Origin: a virus
IMG/VR virus record: IMGVR_UViG_3300043570_001741
Location: 64,001-128,000 of that record
Strand: one strand, 5' to 3'
DNA length: 64,000 bases
Shown here in pieces: positions 10,279-19,159 of the stretch; within the stretch, counting starts at the first letter, position 1; the number at the start of each line of letters is the position of its first letter. The notes beneath the pieces are model-generated. The model had not been told where the DNA came from. It searched no databases and saw nothing but the letters and a program-made list of their open reading frames with translations. Made by a program: the position numbers and the translations under genes.

Positions 10279-10577
10279 TTGTTATACATATGCTTTGGAG
10301 GATATCTGAAGCATATGAAAAAACTAGTAGCGCATCGTGCAAATAAACGATTTATGGATATAGCATTCAAATCACAATCGTGGCAACCAACTGAACGCAA
10401 TGGATGGATTATAAAATTCTCCATTTTTAATGATGACAAGATATTGTTTGTGTTTCTCTCCAGATATACAGGCCAGACAGTTATCAGAGAGTTTGGTGAT
10501 GAAGATGCCGCTGTGGACTATATCAACCTCATAACCGATTTAGATGCCGAAGAATGGCACGTACTATAATCAGGTAT

Positions 10578-10604
10578 AAACCCGCTTCGGCGGGTTTTCT
10601 TTTT
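10578..10604 (+). terminator. Rho-independent terminator
   Basis: AAACCCGC-TTCG-GCGGGTTTT-CTTTTT, C(UUCG)G tetraloop. Confidence 0.9.
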
Positions 10605-10669
10605 GGCCACTATATAATTGTACCGCAATAAAATTATGGTTAGTATATAATGTTACATTAGGAGGAAAC

Positions 10670-10891
10670 ATGAATGATAAGTTGAAAGAGATTGCCCTAC
10701 ATGCAGGTGGCAGTCATTACCCTGTTGTTGGTGGGGAAACACTAGAGAAATTTGCCCGTCTATTGATTGCCGAGTGCATTGATGCGGTAAAGAATACACC
10801 AACAACAGCCGCATTTACTACATTTGACAAAGCTGTGGTTGATAATACGATTGCAAATAGTGTCAAAGCCATTGAGCAGAGGTTTCTATGA
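10670..10891 (+). CDS. Hypothetical protein, paralog of 18726 and 18914
   Basis: MN..L.E.A...EKFA.L.I.EC motif shared by three ORFs. Confidence 0.65.
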   Translation: MNDKLKEIALHAGGSHYPVVGGETLEKFARLLIAECIDAVKNTPTTAAFTTFDKAVVDNTIANSVKAIEQRFL

Positions 10892-11307
10892 AAATAGGCT
10901 TTACCTGTTCGGCATTTGATTTACTACATGCCGGTCACATTCTAATGCTCAAAGAGGCAAAGGCACAATGTGACCACCTGATTGTTGGGTTACAGACTGA
11001 CCCAACCATTGACAGAGCAACTAAGAATAAACCTATCCAAAGCGTCTTGGAACGATACATCCAACTGTCCGCAGTAAAGTATGTGGATGAGATAGTGGTT
11101 TATGAAACAGAGCATGACCTGTTACAAATACTCAAGGCATACAATATTGATATTCGGGTATTAGGAGAAGAATATGAGAACAAGCCATTTACTGGCCATG
11201 ACCTACGAATTGAAACACACTTCAATAAACGTACCCATAGTTTTTCCACTACCGAATTGAGAAACCGTGTCATTGACAGGTACAATGAGCAGGAGTATAA
11301 GAAATGA
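10888..11307 (+). CDS. Cytidylyltransferase (TagD/glycerol-3-phosphate CT-like)
   Basis: FDLLHAGH (HxGH), RTHSFSTT. Confidence 0.85.
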   Translation: MKIGFTCSAFDLLHAGHILMLKEAKAQCDHLIVGLQTDPTIDRATKNKPIQSVLERYIQLSAVKYVDEIVVYETEHDLLQILKAYNIDIRVLGEEYENKPFTGHDLRIETHFNKRTHSFSTTELRNRVIDRYNEQEYKK

Positions 11308-11421
11308 TAGACCTCATAAATGCCTTTATGATGGGTGTATTTGCCACACTACTGTATCAAATTGTGAGAGAATTAGACCTCGTTGGTAATTTAATACAAT
11401 TATTTAAAGATTGGTCTAATA

Positions 11422-11673
11422 ATGAGCAAACAAGAAGATAAAGACAAACGAAGCAGCCGCATTCATGCCGATGAAACTGCTGTTAAGAAACAGGTTAAGA
11501 TTGCTAAAGTGCATGGCATTGAGGTGAAAGAACCTCATAAGTTTGCCAAGCACCATGCGCTAGATTGCGGCAACCCTAATTGTCCAATGTGTGCTAGTCC
11601 ACGTAGAATATACAAAGAGCCAACTATACAAGAGAAATCATTTCAACAAACTGAAAATTGGAATAAAGAGTGA
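11422..11673 (+). CDS. Hypothetical basic protein with CxxxxCxxC
   Basis: HHALDCGNPNCPMC. Confidence 0.55.
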   Translation: MSKQEDKDKRSSRIHADETAVKKQVKIAKVHGIEVKEPHKFAKHHALDCGNPNCPMCASPRRIYKEPTIQEKSFQQTENWNKE

Positions 11674-12017
11674 ATCATTATCAAAACTATAACATTAATG
11701 GCGATGTGTACCGAGACACCGAGGTCTATTCTGTTATAGATAACCTACAGTTGGATAAGCTTGTATTGTCTCAGGTCACCTTGCATAAGCATCAGGAGAC
11801 TAGAGGCCATGTGCATGATGGCTGTGAAGAAGTATATTTCTTCCAGTTTGGCCAAGGTCATATGGTTATTGGTACTGAGTCTGAAACCGTAACTGCTGGT
11901 TCTATTGTATTGGTGCCAGATGGCCAGTTTCATAGAGTTATCAATACAGGCCTATCCGACCTTGTATTTCATACAGTTTACAACAAGACACAAAGCAGAA
12001 CAGTATATGCAAAATAA
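11670..12017 (+). CDS. Cupin domain protein
   Basis: GHVH...EEVY, G.FHRVINTG. Confidence 0.8.
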   Translation: MNHYQNYNINGDVYRDTEVYSVIDNLQLDKLVLSQVTLHKHQETRGHVHDGCEEVYFFQFGQGHMVIGTESETVTAGSIVLVPDGQFHRVINTGLSDLVFHTVYNKTQSRTVYAK

Positions 12018-12181
12018 CCATTGGGGTGAACCGGATGATATCGAGCCAATGCCAGATTGGATGTTGGCTGAGACACACCGCAACCCGAACTACAGACCAT
12101 CCAGAGGCAAGAGTTTAACCGAGATGATTGAAGATGCCTTGAAGAAACCTCCAGTACCAATTATCATACAGGAACCAAGAA

Positions 12182-12595
12182 ATGATTAACTTTAAAACCT
12201 TTCTTAATGAACGTGTCCGAGTTGGCCGAGTACAACGCTTTGGCGCCAAGGCACATGATGAGTGGCGTAAGAACTTTGACCCAACAGGTACCAAAGAACG
12301 AATTAAGGACAATAGTGATGGTACAAAGGGCAATATCAATGTGCCGTTTGATAAATTACATCCTGATTGGAAACGAGAAAACCTTGCCGCAGGTAAGGCT
12401 GCAATGGATGCTAACAGAATACATCCAAAAGATACTGAAAAGGCTGCAGAGCATGTCCACAATGAGTGGATGAAACGTAATCCAAAGGGTGAACACAATG
12501 CCTCTCAGCATGTACCATATAACCAACTATCTGAACCTGAGAAAGAAAAAGATAGAGTCCATGTCCGAAGAATGCAGAGGATAAAGAATAGATGA
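12182..12595 (+). CDS. Tandem RyR-domain-like protein with putative capsid-targeting N-terminus
   Basis: Two repeats AH(D/N)EW...VP(F/Y)..L...(W/E)K..(N/D); N-terminus MINFKTFLNE. Confidence 0.6.
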   Translation: MINFKTFLNERVRVGRVQRFGAKAHDEWRKNFDPTGTKERIKDNSDGTKGNINVPFDKLHPDWKRENLAAGKAAMDANRIHPKDTEKAAEHVHNEWMKRNPKGEHNASQHVPYNQLSEPEKEKDRVHVRRMQRIKNR

Positions 12596-13037
12596 TTGAA
12601 TTCAAAGATTTACAATCGGATGATCCGATTATTCAAGGAGAACTTGATATGCTAAAAGAACTAAACCCTGTATTCCTACGCATAGAAGAACTGCCGGATG
12701 ATTATGAAATGACGCCTTACCATGACCATTGATTTCATTATTTTTATTGCAATAATAGTCGTTACCATTTGTGTAATAGCATGGGACAAGAACAAGTGAT
12801 GCACCAGAAGATGAGTAATCCAACCAATATTCCAACACCTCAAACCTTCCACGTTGAGATGATGATAGACCCTGTACTATTTGAAAAGATAATGAGTGAT
12901 GAGAAATACAAAGAGCATATCAAAGACAGGTTAGCCATTGATTTGGCCAAACATTTGCTTGAGAGTGCCCGTACCACATTCACCTATTCAGAGGACATTG
13001 ATAGTGATAACTACTATGTCCGTGCGAAGATAATAGT

Positions 13038-13538
13038 ATGAAACTAGATTTTTGTGCCGTTTGCGGTGTAACAACCGATTTACACCAACACCATATAGAA
13101 CCAGTCATTATGACCGGTGTTAAAAGAAAAAAACTAAAAGGTTATGATCCGAATAAGAAGCTGAAAGAGTGTGAACCGACTGAAGTATTTGCTTGGTTAT
13201 TTGACCAAGGCATTATATCCGATGATGGTGAGATAACCGTATGCTCATATCATCATCACCTGATCCACGGTATAGTTAAATTTCAATTAGCAGAACATCA
13301 TAAGTTAATTAGAGAAGGCCAACAAAAGGCTCGAGCAAGAGGTGTAAAATTTGGTAGACCAACTAAACAAGATGACCAAACTATATTCAAAGTAAAAGAA
13401 TTAAGAGAATCCGGTGTAGGTATTAAGAAAATTGCTAAAGAACTTAGCCTTGGTATAGGTACGGTCTATAGTATAATGGAAAAGACCAATGAACCAACCT
13501 TTGCGGACATGTATAAGGATCGGTATAATAATGGATGA
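13038..13538 (+). CDS. HNH-like domain fused to resolvase-type HTH
   Basis: CAVCG..HHI...VC..HH..IHG then EG...ARARGVKFGRP and GIKKIAKELSLGIGTVY. Confidence 0.65.
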   Translation: MKLDFCAVCGVTTDLHQHHIEPVIMTGVKRKKLKGYDPNKKLKECEPTEVFAWLFDQGIISDDGEITVCSYHHHLIHGIVKFQLAEHHKLIREGQQKARARGVKFGRPTKQDDQTIFKVKELRESGVGIKKIAKELSLGIGTVYSIMEKTNEPTFADMYKDRYNNG

Positions 13539-14103
13539 AATATACCAACCAGACCACTGGCGTAGTATATCCAGACTAGTCTCCGACATTGCCTTGCCTA
13601 TCTTTCCACATATAAAAGGGAAGAAACTAAAGTCGGAGATTATGTCCAACCTGTTCGAAACCCAATCGGCCAAGTATTTCAATTCAATTAATATACCAAC
13701 CCAATCTGCTCAGAACGACCGAGAACCAGACCTATTATTCACCGACCATTCAGTTGAGATAAAGGTTTCTGGTATAGACCATCCATTCACCAAGAATGCT
13801 AAGTGGATGGGTGGTAAGTATAGTAAGAGAGAATGTGATTATATCTTTATCCTCTGGTACTACCAACAACCAACCGATAATTATATCATAGAAGAACCAG
13901 AATACCTGTCCTTTGCCATAATCCAATGCCATTCCACTATAGAGGACTGGAAGACAATAGACAACGATAAGAATAATTACTATGCCACCGTTATGTCCCT
14001 TGATAGAATCTATAGTAAACCACATAGAATACTGTTAGGGAATAAGGTGATAGATGATATAGTCCTTGAGAATACCTATGAAACCAAAAACATTCACATA
14101 TAA
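13531..14103 (+). CDS. PD-(D/E)xK nuclease-like protein
   Basis: EPDLLF...VEIK motif. Confidence 0.5.
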   Translation: MDEIYQPDHWRSISRLVSDIALPIFPHIKGKKLKSEIMSNLFETQSAKYFNSINIPTQSAQNDREPDLLFTDHSVEIKVSGIDHPFTKNAKWMGGKYSKRECDYIFILWYYQQPTDNYIIEEPEYLSFAIIQCHSTIEDWKTIDNDKNNYYATVMSLDRIYSKPHRILLGNKVIDDIVLENTYETKNIHI

Positions 14104-14292
14104 CGAAATAATAAAATTCTTCCTGGCCAATGGTCTGCCACTATCAGATAAACAAGTATATCTAATAGGGACAAAGGTAAAGGAAGAACTGGCCGCATTA
14201 GAGATATACCATATAGAGCAGAAGAAAAAGCGAGAGGCCAAGATGCTTAAAATGGTAAAAAGAAAAGAATCCAAACAAAAAAGTAAAACCTC

Positions 14293-14323
14293 TGTGGATA
14301 ACTAGTGTATAACCTGTGTATAA
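14293..14323 (-). promoter_or_regulatory. Three tandem DnaA boxes at 11-bp period
   Basis: Reverse complements TTATCCACA (14293), TTATACACT (14304), TTATACACA (14315). Confidence 0.65.
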
Positions 14324-14369
14324 GTAGGTAGTAACCGACCTGTAGTAAACCAGCGAGAATCCGTGACCA

Positions 14370-14666
14370 ATGAGTGGCCAATATAAATTAAAAGAATGTC
14401 CGACCTGTAATAAAGAACACCGTAAACGTGGACTATTCTGCAGCCAATCGTGCTCTAATGTTGACCGACCTGTTACTGATAATATGCGAAGTGCTATGCG
14501 TAAGGTCGCCGTAGAGTATAATAGAACGCCTGAGGCCATCGCAAAACAGAAAATGATTGGTACCCCGTTGGCCAGTTTGACTATCGAAGATTTTGCCGTA
14601 GATATACCAGACCTGCCACCTGACCTCTCAGATTGGTCAGAGTATGATAAAGCGTCAGACTGGTAG
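14370..14666 (+). CDS. Zinc-finger protein
   Basis: CPTC...FCSQSC. Confidence 0.6.
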   Translation: MSGQYKLKECPTCNKEHRKRGLFCSQSCSNVDRPVTDNMRSAMRKVAVEYNRTPEAIAKQKMIGTPLASLTIEDFAVDIPDLPPDLSDWSEYDKASDW

Positions 14667-14739
14667 TTGAAAACGAAAGTTCTCATTTTTCCATAGTAGC
14701 CAGCCGCCATGTCCACCCCAGCCGCTTTCGAATGGTACC

Positions 14740-14768
14740 ATTATACCCGAAACCGCTGCTTTTGTCAA
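14740..14768 (-). promoter_or_regulatory. Consensus sigma70 promoter on minus strand
   Basis: TTGACA-17-TATAAT exact consensus, back-to-back with promoter at 14817. Confidence 0.8.
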
Positions 14769-14786
14769 CCCCCCCCACCGCTACGC

Positions 14787-14844
14787 CGTTGCAGGCATAC
14801 AACAGCCAAATAACGCTTGACAATCCCACTGGTTCTGTTATACT
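14787..14844 (+). promoter_or_regulatory. Early promoter with upstream GTTG-N8-CAAC palindrome
   Basis: CGTTG-N8-CAACA at 14787, TTGACA 14817, TGtTATACT 14836. Confidence 0.8.
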
Positions 14845-14873
14845 TACAGGTGTTCCGTTGAAAAGTAAAGGTT

Positions 14874-15098
14874 TTGGATATGGGCTGGAATAAGAATGGT
14901 TCTACTGTAATGGCTGATTATCTTGGCCAAAAGGTTACTGGTATTGTTACTGAGAGCCGTGTTAAGTATGGTGGTCAGGTACAATATACTCTGGCTGTTG
15001 ATAATATCTTTATTAATGTCCGCGGTGATTATGCCAATATCTTATTGGTTGACGAGGATAATATAATGGTTGATTTTGGAGTTATTAATGATGTTTAA
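14874..15098 (+). CDS. Hypothetical early protein
   Basis: ORF directly downstream of promoter; start may be 14880. Confidence 0.55.
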   Translation: MDMGWNKNGSTVMADYLGQKVTGIVTESRVKYGGQVQYTLAVDNIFINVRGDYANILLVDEDNIMVDFGVINDV

Positions 15099-15271
15099 TG
15101 AGATTAATTATGAGCTTGAGGTTATTGCTGATAGCTTGAAAATGGAGCTGGTTAATCAGCAATACCATGATATGGTGCAGGAGATAATGGCTGGTTTCTA
15201 TGAGGCCGTGGATGAAGCCTGTGAATTTGACCGAATAGTTGACCTGGCCGTGTGAGAACCTTTTTCTACGG

Positions 15272-15299
15272 TTGACAATCCCACTGGTTCTGTTATCCT
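15272..15299 (+). promoter_or_regulatory. Early promoter, 25-nt duplicate of 14817 promoter
   Basis: TTGACAATCCCACTGGTTCTGTTAT identical at both sites. Confidence 0.7.
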
Positions 15300-15325
15300 C
15301 TATCCATAGATTAAGAAAGCAAGAA

Positions 15326-15475
15326 ATGAAATTCAAGTGCAAAACCTGTGATAAAAAATTCTTCAGCAATGTTGTTTTTGAGCAACACTCCTGTGTGAAA
15401 GCTTATGAGAAAATGACACTTGAGCAATTGTTGCAAGAATACAACAATGCTAAAAATAGTGCTAAAAGCGCTTGA
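15326..15475 (+). CDS. Small C2H2/C2HC-like zinc-finger protein
   Basis: CKTCDKKF...EQHSC. Confidence 0.5.
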   Translation: MKFKCKTCDKKFFSNVVFEQHSCVKAYEKMTLEQLLQEYNNAKNSAKSA

Positions 15476-15499
15476 CATTCTTGCCTGTTCTGTTATACT
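15429..15499 (+). promoter_or_regulatory. Early promoter with TGTTG-N8-CAACA palindrome
   Basis: Palindrome 15429-15446, TTGACA 15472, TATACT 15494. Confidence 0.8.
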
Positions 15500-15532
15500 C
15501 TATCCATAGATTGAAATTTTAAAGGAAACTAA

Positions 15533-15838
15533 ATGACTAAAGTCCTCTCCCCCCTCGCAATTGAATTAGCTTCTGCTCGTCAATCCCTCTCTTTCTTTAA
15601 GAGCGAAGTCCAGTTCTTGGCCGCAAAGGTTAAACTGGAAAGAATTGATGCTAAACTGGCAAAGGCTGATGCCCGCCGTGCTCGCCGTGATGCTGCTATT
15701 GCAAAAGCTCAGGCTAAACTTGACCGCTTAATGGCTCCCGTTGGTTCTAAAGCCACTAAGGCTAACCGCAAACCTTCAAGAGCAAAGACCACTAAATTTG
15801 CTTCCGTTGTAACCGAATTGGATACAGCGACAGCATAA
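15533..15838 (+). CDS. Ala/Lys/Arg-rich basic early protein
   Basis: AAAGGA RBS, strongly basic helical composition. Confidence 0.6.
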   Translation: MTKVLSPLAIELASARQSLSFFKSEVQFLAAKVKLERIDAKLAKADARRARRDAAIAKAQAKLDRLMAPVGSKATKANRKPSRAKTTKFASVVTELDTATA

Positions 15839-15839
15839 C

Positions 15840-15957
15840 CACTTTGAGACCGCATGAGGAACTGTGGTATTACAAAGGCCCATGCCAACATGGGCCCTCA
15901 AAGTGTAAAGCAAAGGGATCGCATCCCCGAGGCTCCAGTTGAAAAATTACTGGGAAT
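15840..15957 (+). ncRNA. Structured intergenic RNA element (three-way junction plus two hairpins)
   Basis: CACTTTGAG/CTCAAAGTG encloses ACCGCA/TGTGGT and GGCCCATG/CATGGGCC. Confidence 0.5.
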
Positions 15958-15973
15958 TAATTTAGGATAAAGT

Positions 15974-16189
15974 ATGACCAATTTTGCTATGTTCTCCGAT
16001 GCTGGTAACCAGAAGGTTGCCGCCATTGTAGATTTCGCTTCAAAGCACCAACTGGGATGGCAAGAGGTCATGCCGTTGTTGCGTAACCTTGCTAGCTCAG
16101 ACTATGAGCTCTATGGTGAGGCTACCGATACTGCTGTGCGTGAGGCAGTTTATGAAGCCCTCCTTTTAACCACCGATTCTTACGTATGA
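15974..16189 (+). CDS. Hypothetical early protein
   Basis: AGGA RBS, coupled to next ORF. Confidence 0.55.
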   Translation: MTNFAMFSDAGNQKVAAIVDFASKHQLGWQEVMPLLRNLASSDYELYGEATDTAVREAVYEALLLTTDSYV

Positions 16190-16404
16190 AAATTGAGACA
16201 GCCATTAGTATCCTGAATAAGGAAAGAGAATTTCTAGGCATGACCTTTTTAGGCCTGCTGGTTGATATTCAGAAGGAACAGAGCACCTTCCCAGACATGG
16301 TGTATAGCCAGAAGGTCATACAGGCCTACAATAGGTTCATGGTGGATGGACAGAATTTATTTGCACCCGTTGCAGAAAAACAACAGAGTCCAATTAGTGC
16401 TTGA
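16186..16404 (+). CDS. Hypothetical early protein
   Basis: ATGA overlap with upstream ORF. Confidence 0.55.
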   Translation: MKIETAISILNKEREFLGMTFLGLLVDIQKEQSTFPDMVYSQKVIQAYNRFMVDGQNLFAPVAEKQQSPISA

Positions 16405-16428
16405 CATTACCACCTCCTGTGTTATACT
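16368..16428 (+). promoter_or_regulatory. Early promoter with palindrome
   Basis: CGTTG-N8-CAACA 16368, TTGACA 16401, TATACT 16423. Confidence 0.8.
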
Positions 16429-16559
16429 CCATCCATACATTGAGAAAGCAAGAAAATGATTGATTTTATTAACGACCACTTTGAGACCACCATCCTTCCC
16501 ATCCTGTTTGCGCTGGGTGTGGCCGTGGTGATCCTTGACCTTTTCTTTTGGAGAGCAGT

Positions 16560-16799
16560 ATGAGCAAGATGAGCAACCTAATGATAGCCATTCAGGAAGA
16601 CCTGAGTGCAGCCCGCCTGTCCTTTGCTGAGATAGCAGCCAAGCATGAGGTACCACTTGATTGGGTGGACTCTGTGGCCAATGAGATGGCCGACCATTAT
16701 GATGAGAGCATGGATGGAGACTTTGATTCAGCCATGGCCAGTGCAGGCTATGGTACGGATGAGGACTATGGTTGCTACGGTGCTGACGACTATTATTGA
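16560..16799 (+). CDS. Small acidic protein
   Basis: C-terminal DESMDGDFDSAMASAGYGTDEDYG. Confidence 0.6.
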   Translation: MSKMSNLMIAIQEDLSAARLSFAEIAAKHEVPLDWVDSVANEMADHYDESMDGDFDSAMASAGYGTDEDYGCYGADDYY

Positions 16800-16967
16800 G
16801 GTGGTCAAGGAAAGCCTTCCAGACAGTCCACGGGAGTCCTCTACAAGCAGACTACAATTGTCTAAGGTTGTTACCATCGCTCTAACGAAGACTTAACTAT
16901 GGTCAATCCCAGTCCATCCACAGAAATTTTCTAAATTTTTTTTTCGGCCAGGAATTGGCCTCAGGAG

Positions 16968-17426
16968 TTGGTTATGCCGTTAGAACGGAATGTTGATTTA
17001 TGGGGTGAAGAATCTATCATAGAAACCAATGAGTGTTCTATGTCTGGTTGTACTAATCCTAGAGATAATGCAGGAAATGGAAATTATCATTCATTATGTT
17101 CAACGCACCATAAAGAAAAATATCTAATGAGTGGATGGAATTACAAGCAATATCGCAAAAATTATTGTGAGAATATTGATGGTCGTTTTGGATTTAAATG
17201 TACCACTACGATTATCATGGATGCACAATTGACGGTTGACCATATTGATGGTAATAATAAGAATAATAATCTAAGTAACCTACAGACACTTTGCTTTGAT
17301 TGTCATGTGATAAAGACTAATGTTAATGGTGATAGGCAGAAGGATCATAGGCCTACAGAAGGACAGCGAATATTACGCTGGGAAAAATTTCTAAATTCTA
17401 TGAAAGAAAAGGAAATGTTGATATGA
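16968..17426 (+). CDS. HNH endonuclease
   Basis: VDHIDGNNKNNNLSNLQTLCFDCH. Confidence 0.85.
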   Translation: MVMPLERNVDLWGEESIIETNECSMSGCTNPRDNAGNGNYHSLCSTHHKEKYLMSGWNYKQYRKNYCENIDGRFGFKCTTTIIMDAQLTVDHIDGNNKNNNLSNLQTLCFDCHVIKTNVNGDRQKDHRPTEGQRILRWEKFLNSMKEKEMLI

Positions 17427-18725
17427 TTTTTAATTGGATATAATATGACCACTGCTATTTTTTCTAATTGCCCTATTGATACCCTCGACCATTTCCGTCA
17501 GGTAATGGCTTCCCGTGGAAAATTCTTCCGTATCCGATATAGAGGACCACGAAATACTCCCAAAGATATGGGTCGTGGATTCATGTCGAGGCAGTCTACT
17601 TGCCTCAAGGCTAATGCTAAAACTTTTTCTGTTTATACCTACTAATATGAATAGCATTGAAAAGGTCTGGGCTCGTGCAACGGGTCACTTGATGGGACAT
17701 ACGGATGATGATAGACCGGATGTTCCTGTTCTTACTCTACGTGAAGCAAGGGTTGCGTTATTTCTCAAAACTTTTTGGGTTATTATACATACAGTAACTT
17801 GCTTCTTTATTATGGCTAATACAATAAGGCATTGGTGATGAAGGTCTATATACTAGAAAAATATTCTCCCGAGGATGATTATGATGAGGATCGTCTGGTC
17901 GACCGTTTGACAGTTTTAAATGTTTTCTCTACAAGGGAGAAAGCAAAGGAATGGATGGATTCTTACATAAGGGAAGAATGGCAAATTGAGGATGATTTCA
18001 CGGATGACTTGGAAGATGAAGTTTATCCTGTTGAATTTTTTATTAAATCATATGAACTATTGGATTAAAAATGACACCTAAACAAACTGCACTTAAAAAT
18101 GTATCAATCTTTGCGGCTACGGCACTTACTGTCGGTGTTGCATTGGCTTATGTAATTGCATATGTCAGCCTTGCTACTGTGGTAACTATTACCATGGCGG
18201 CTCTATTCGTTTACCTTTTGAAGGTTCTATATGATATGGAATTGTACAAGGCAGAGGCTTTGGATAAGCTGAATGGAAAGAACAATGACGATACGCTATA
18301 ATACCAACTGGATGGGTCCAATAAACATGGAGTGGATCCGGCAGAATGGTGATGGTTGGTCGGTTGGTCGCATTGATTGCCGAGGTACTGGACTGGATAT
18401 GTACGGAGAAGAACTGGATCTTCCTCCTATGAAGTCTGAGGACTGGCATAGGTTTAGTGAGTGGCTCTGGAACTTTGAAACCGAGGATCTCTGGACTCTT
18501 GAGCAATTGGTGGCGGAGTATGAAAAGACTAGCCCAAAAATTGTATGGTTAAGGAATGAATTATATGACTAAAGATGAAATGCTAAACGCTCTGGCACAG
18601 GCCGCTAACCAATGTTCTGATGTTTACTTTGCGGCCCGTACATCGGGTGATACTGAATTGGAAGACTTAATGTCGGCCGTGGATAGCTGTATTATGGAAG
18701 CCATAGATAAGGTCGAGGAGTTAAA

Positions 18726-18917
18726 ATGAATGAACAAATAAAAAAACTAGCAGCTAAGGCTAATTTTGGCCATATAGAAAATGGTGAGGTGGTGTATGAC
18801 CATCGATTGGAAAAATTCGCCGAGTTGATTATACTGGATTGTGCCAAGATTGCTGATATTGCGGAACCCTATAAATATTCTGACTTAATTAAAAACCATT
18901 TTGGAATTAAAGAATGA
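18726..18917 (+). CDS. Hypothetical protein (paralog family)
   Basis: EKFAELIILDC...HFGIKE. Confidence 0.65.
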   Translation: MNEQIKKLAAKANFGHIENGEVVYDHRLEKFAELIILDCAKIADIAEPYKYSDLIKNHFGIKE

Positions 18918-19159
18918 ATGAGCGGATACAAGAACTAGCCGAACAATGCGGGTTTAAACCACAGCCGAGTATCTATGACCGAAACCAATCGTTTGACATT
19001 GAGAAATTTGCCAAGTTAATTATCCAAGACTGTGTTGCTCAGGTTGCGCTTGTGGGTATCAGCAATACAAGCTTCGAGAGATGGGTGGGAGAAGATATAG
19101 CATGGGGATGTAGTAAGTCCATTGAATGCATTAAAGAACATTTTGGAATTAAAGAATGA
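18914..19159 (+). CDS. Hypothetical protein (tandem paralog)
   Basis: EKFAKLIIQDC...HFGIKE, identical 3' DNA end. Confidence 0.65.
   Translation: MNERIQELAEQCGFKPQPSIYDRNQSFDIEKFAKLIIQDCVAQVALVGISNTSFERWVGEDIAWGCSKSIECIKEHFGIKE

Noticed and set aside
14198-14716. 172-aa minus ORF downstream of the minus-strand promoter
   Set aside because: Antisense to a credible zinc-finger gene with no recognisable motifs; not called, though a short translated product cannot be excluded
14787-16428. Repeated sequences as a possible CRISPR array or insertion-sequence ends
   Set aside because: Spacing is irregular, repeats coincide with promoters, and no cas or transposase gene is present
16800-16965. Intergenic stretch as possible ncRNA
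   Set aside because: Only short, weak hairpins visible; insufficient support
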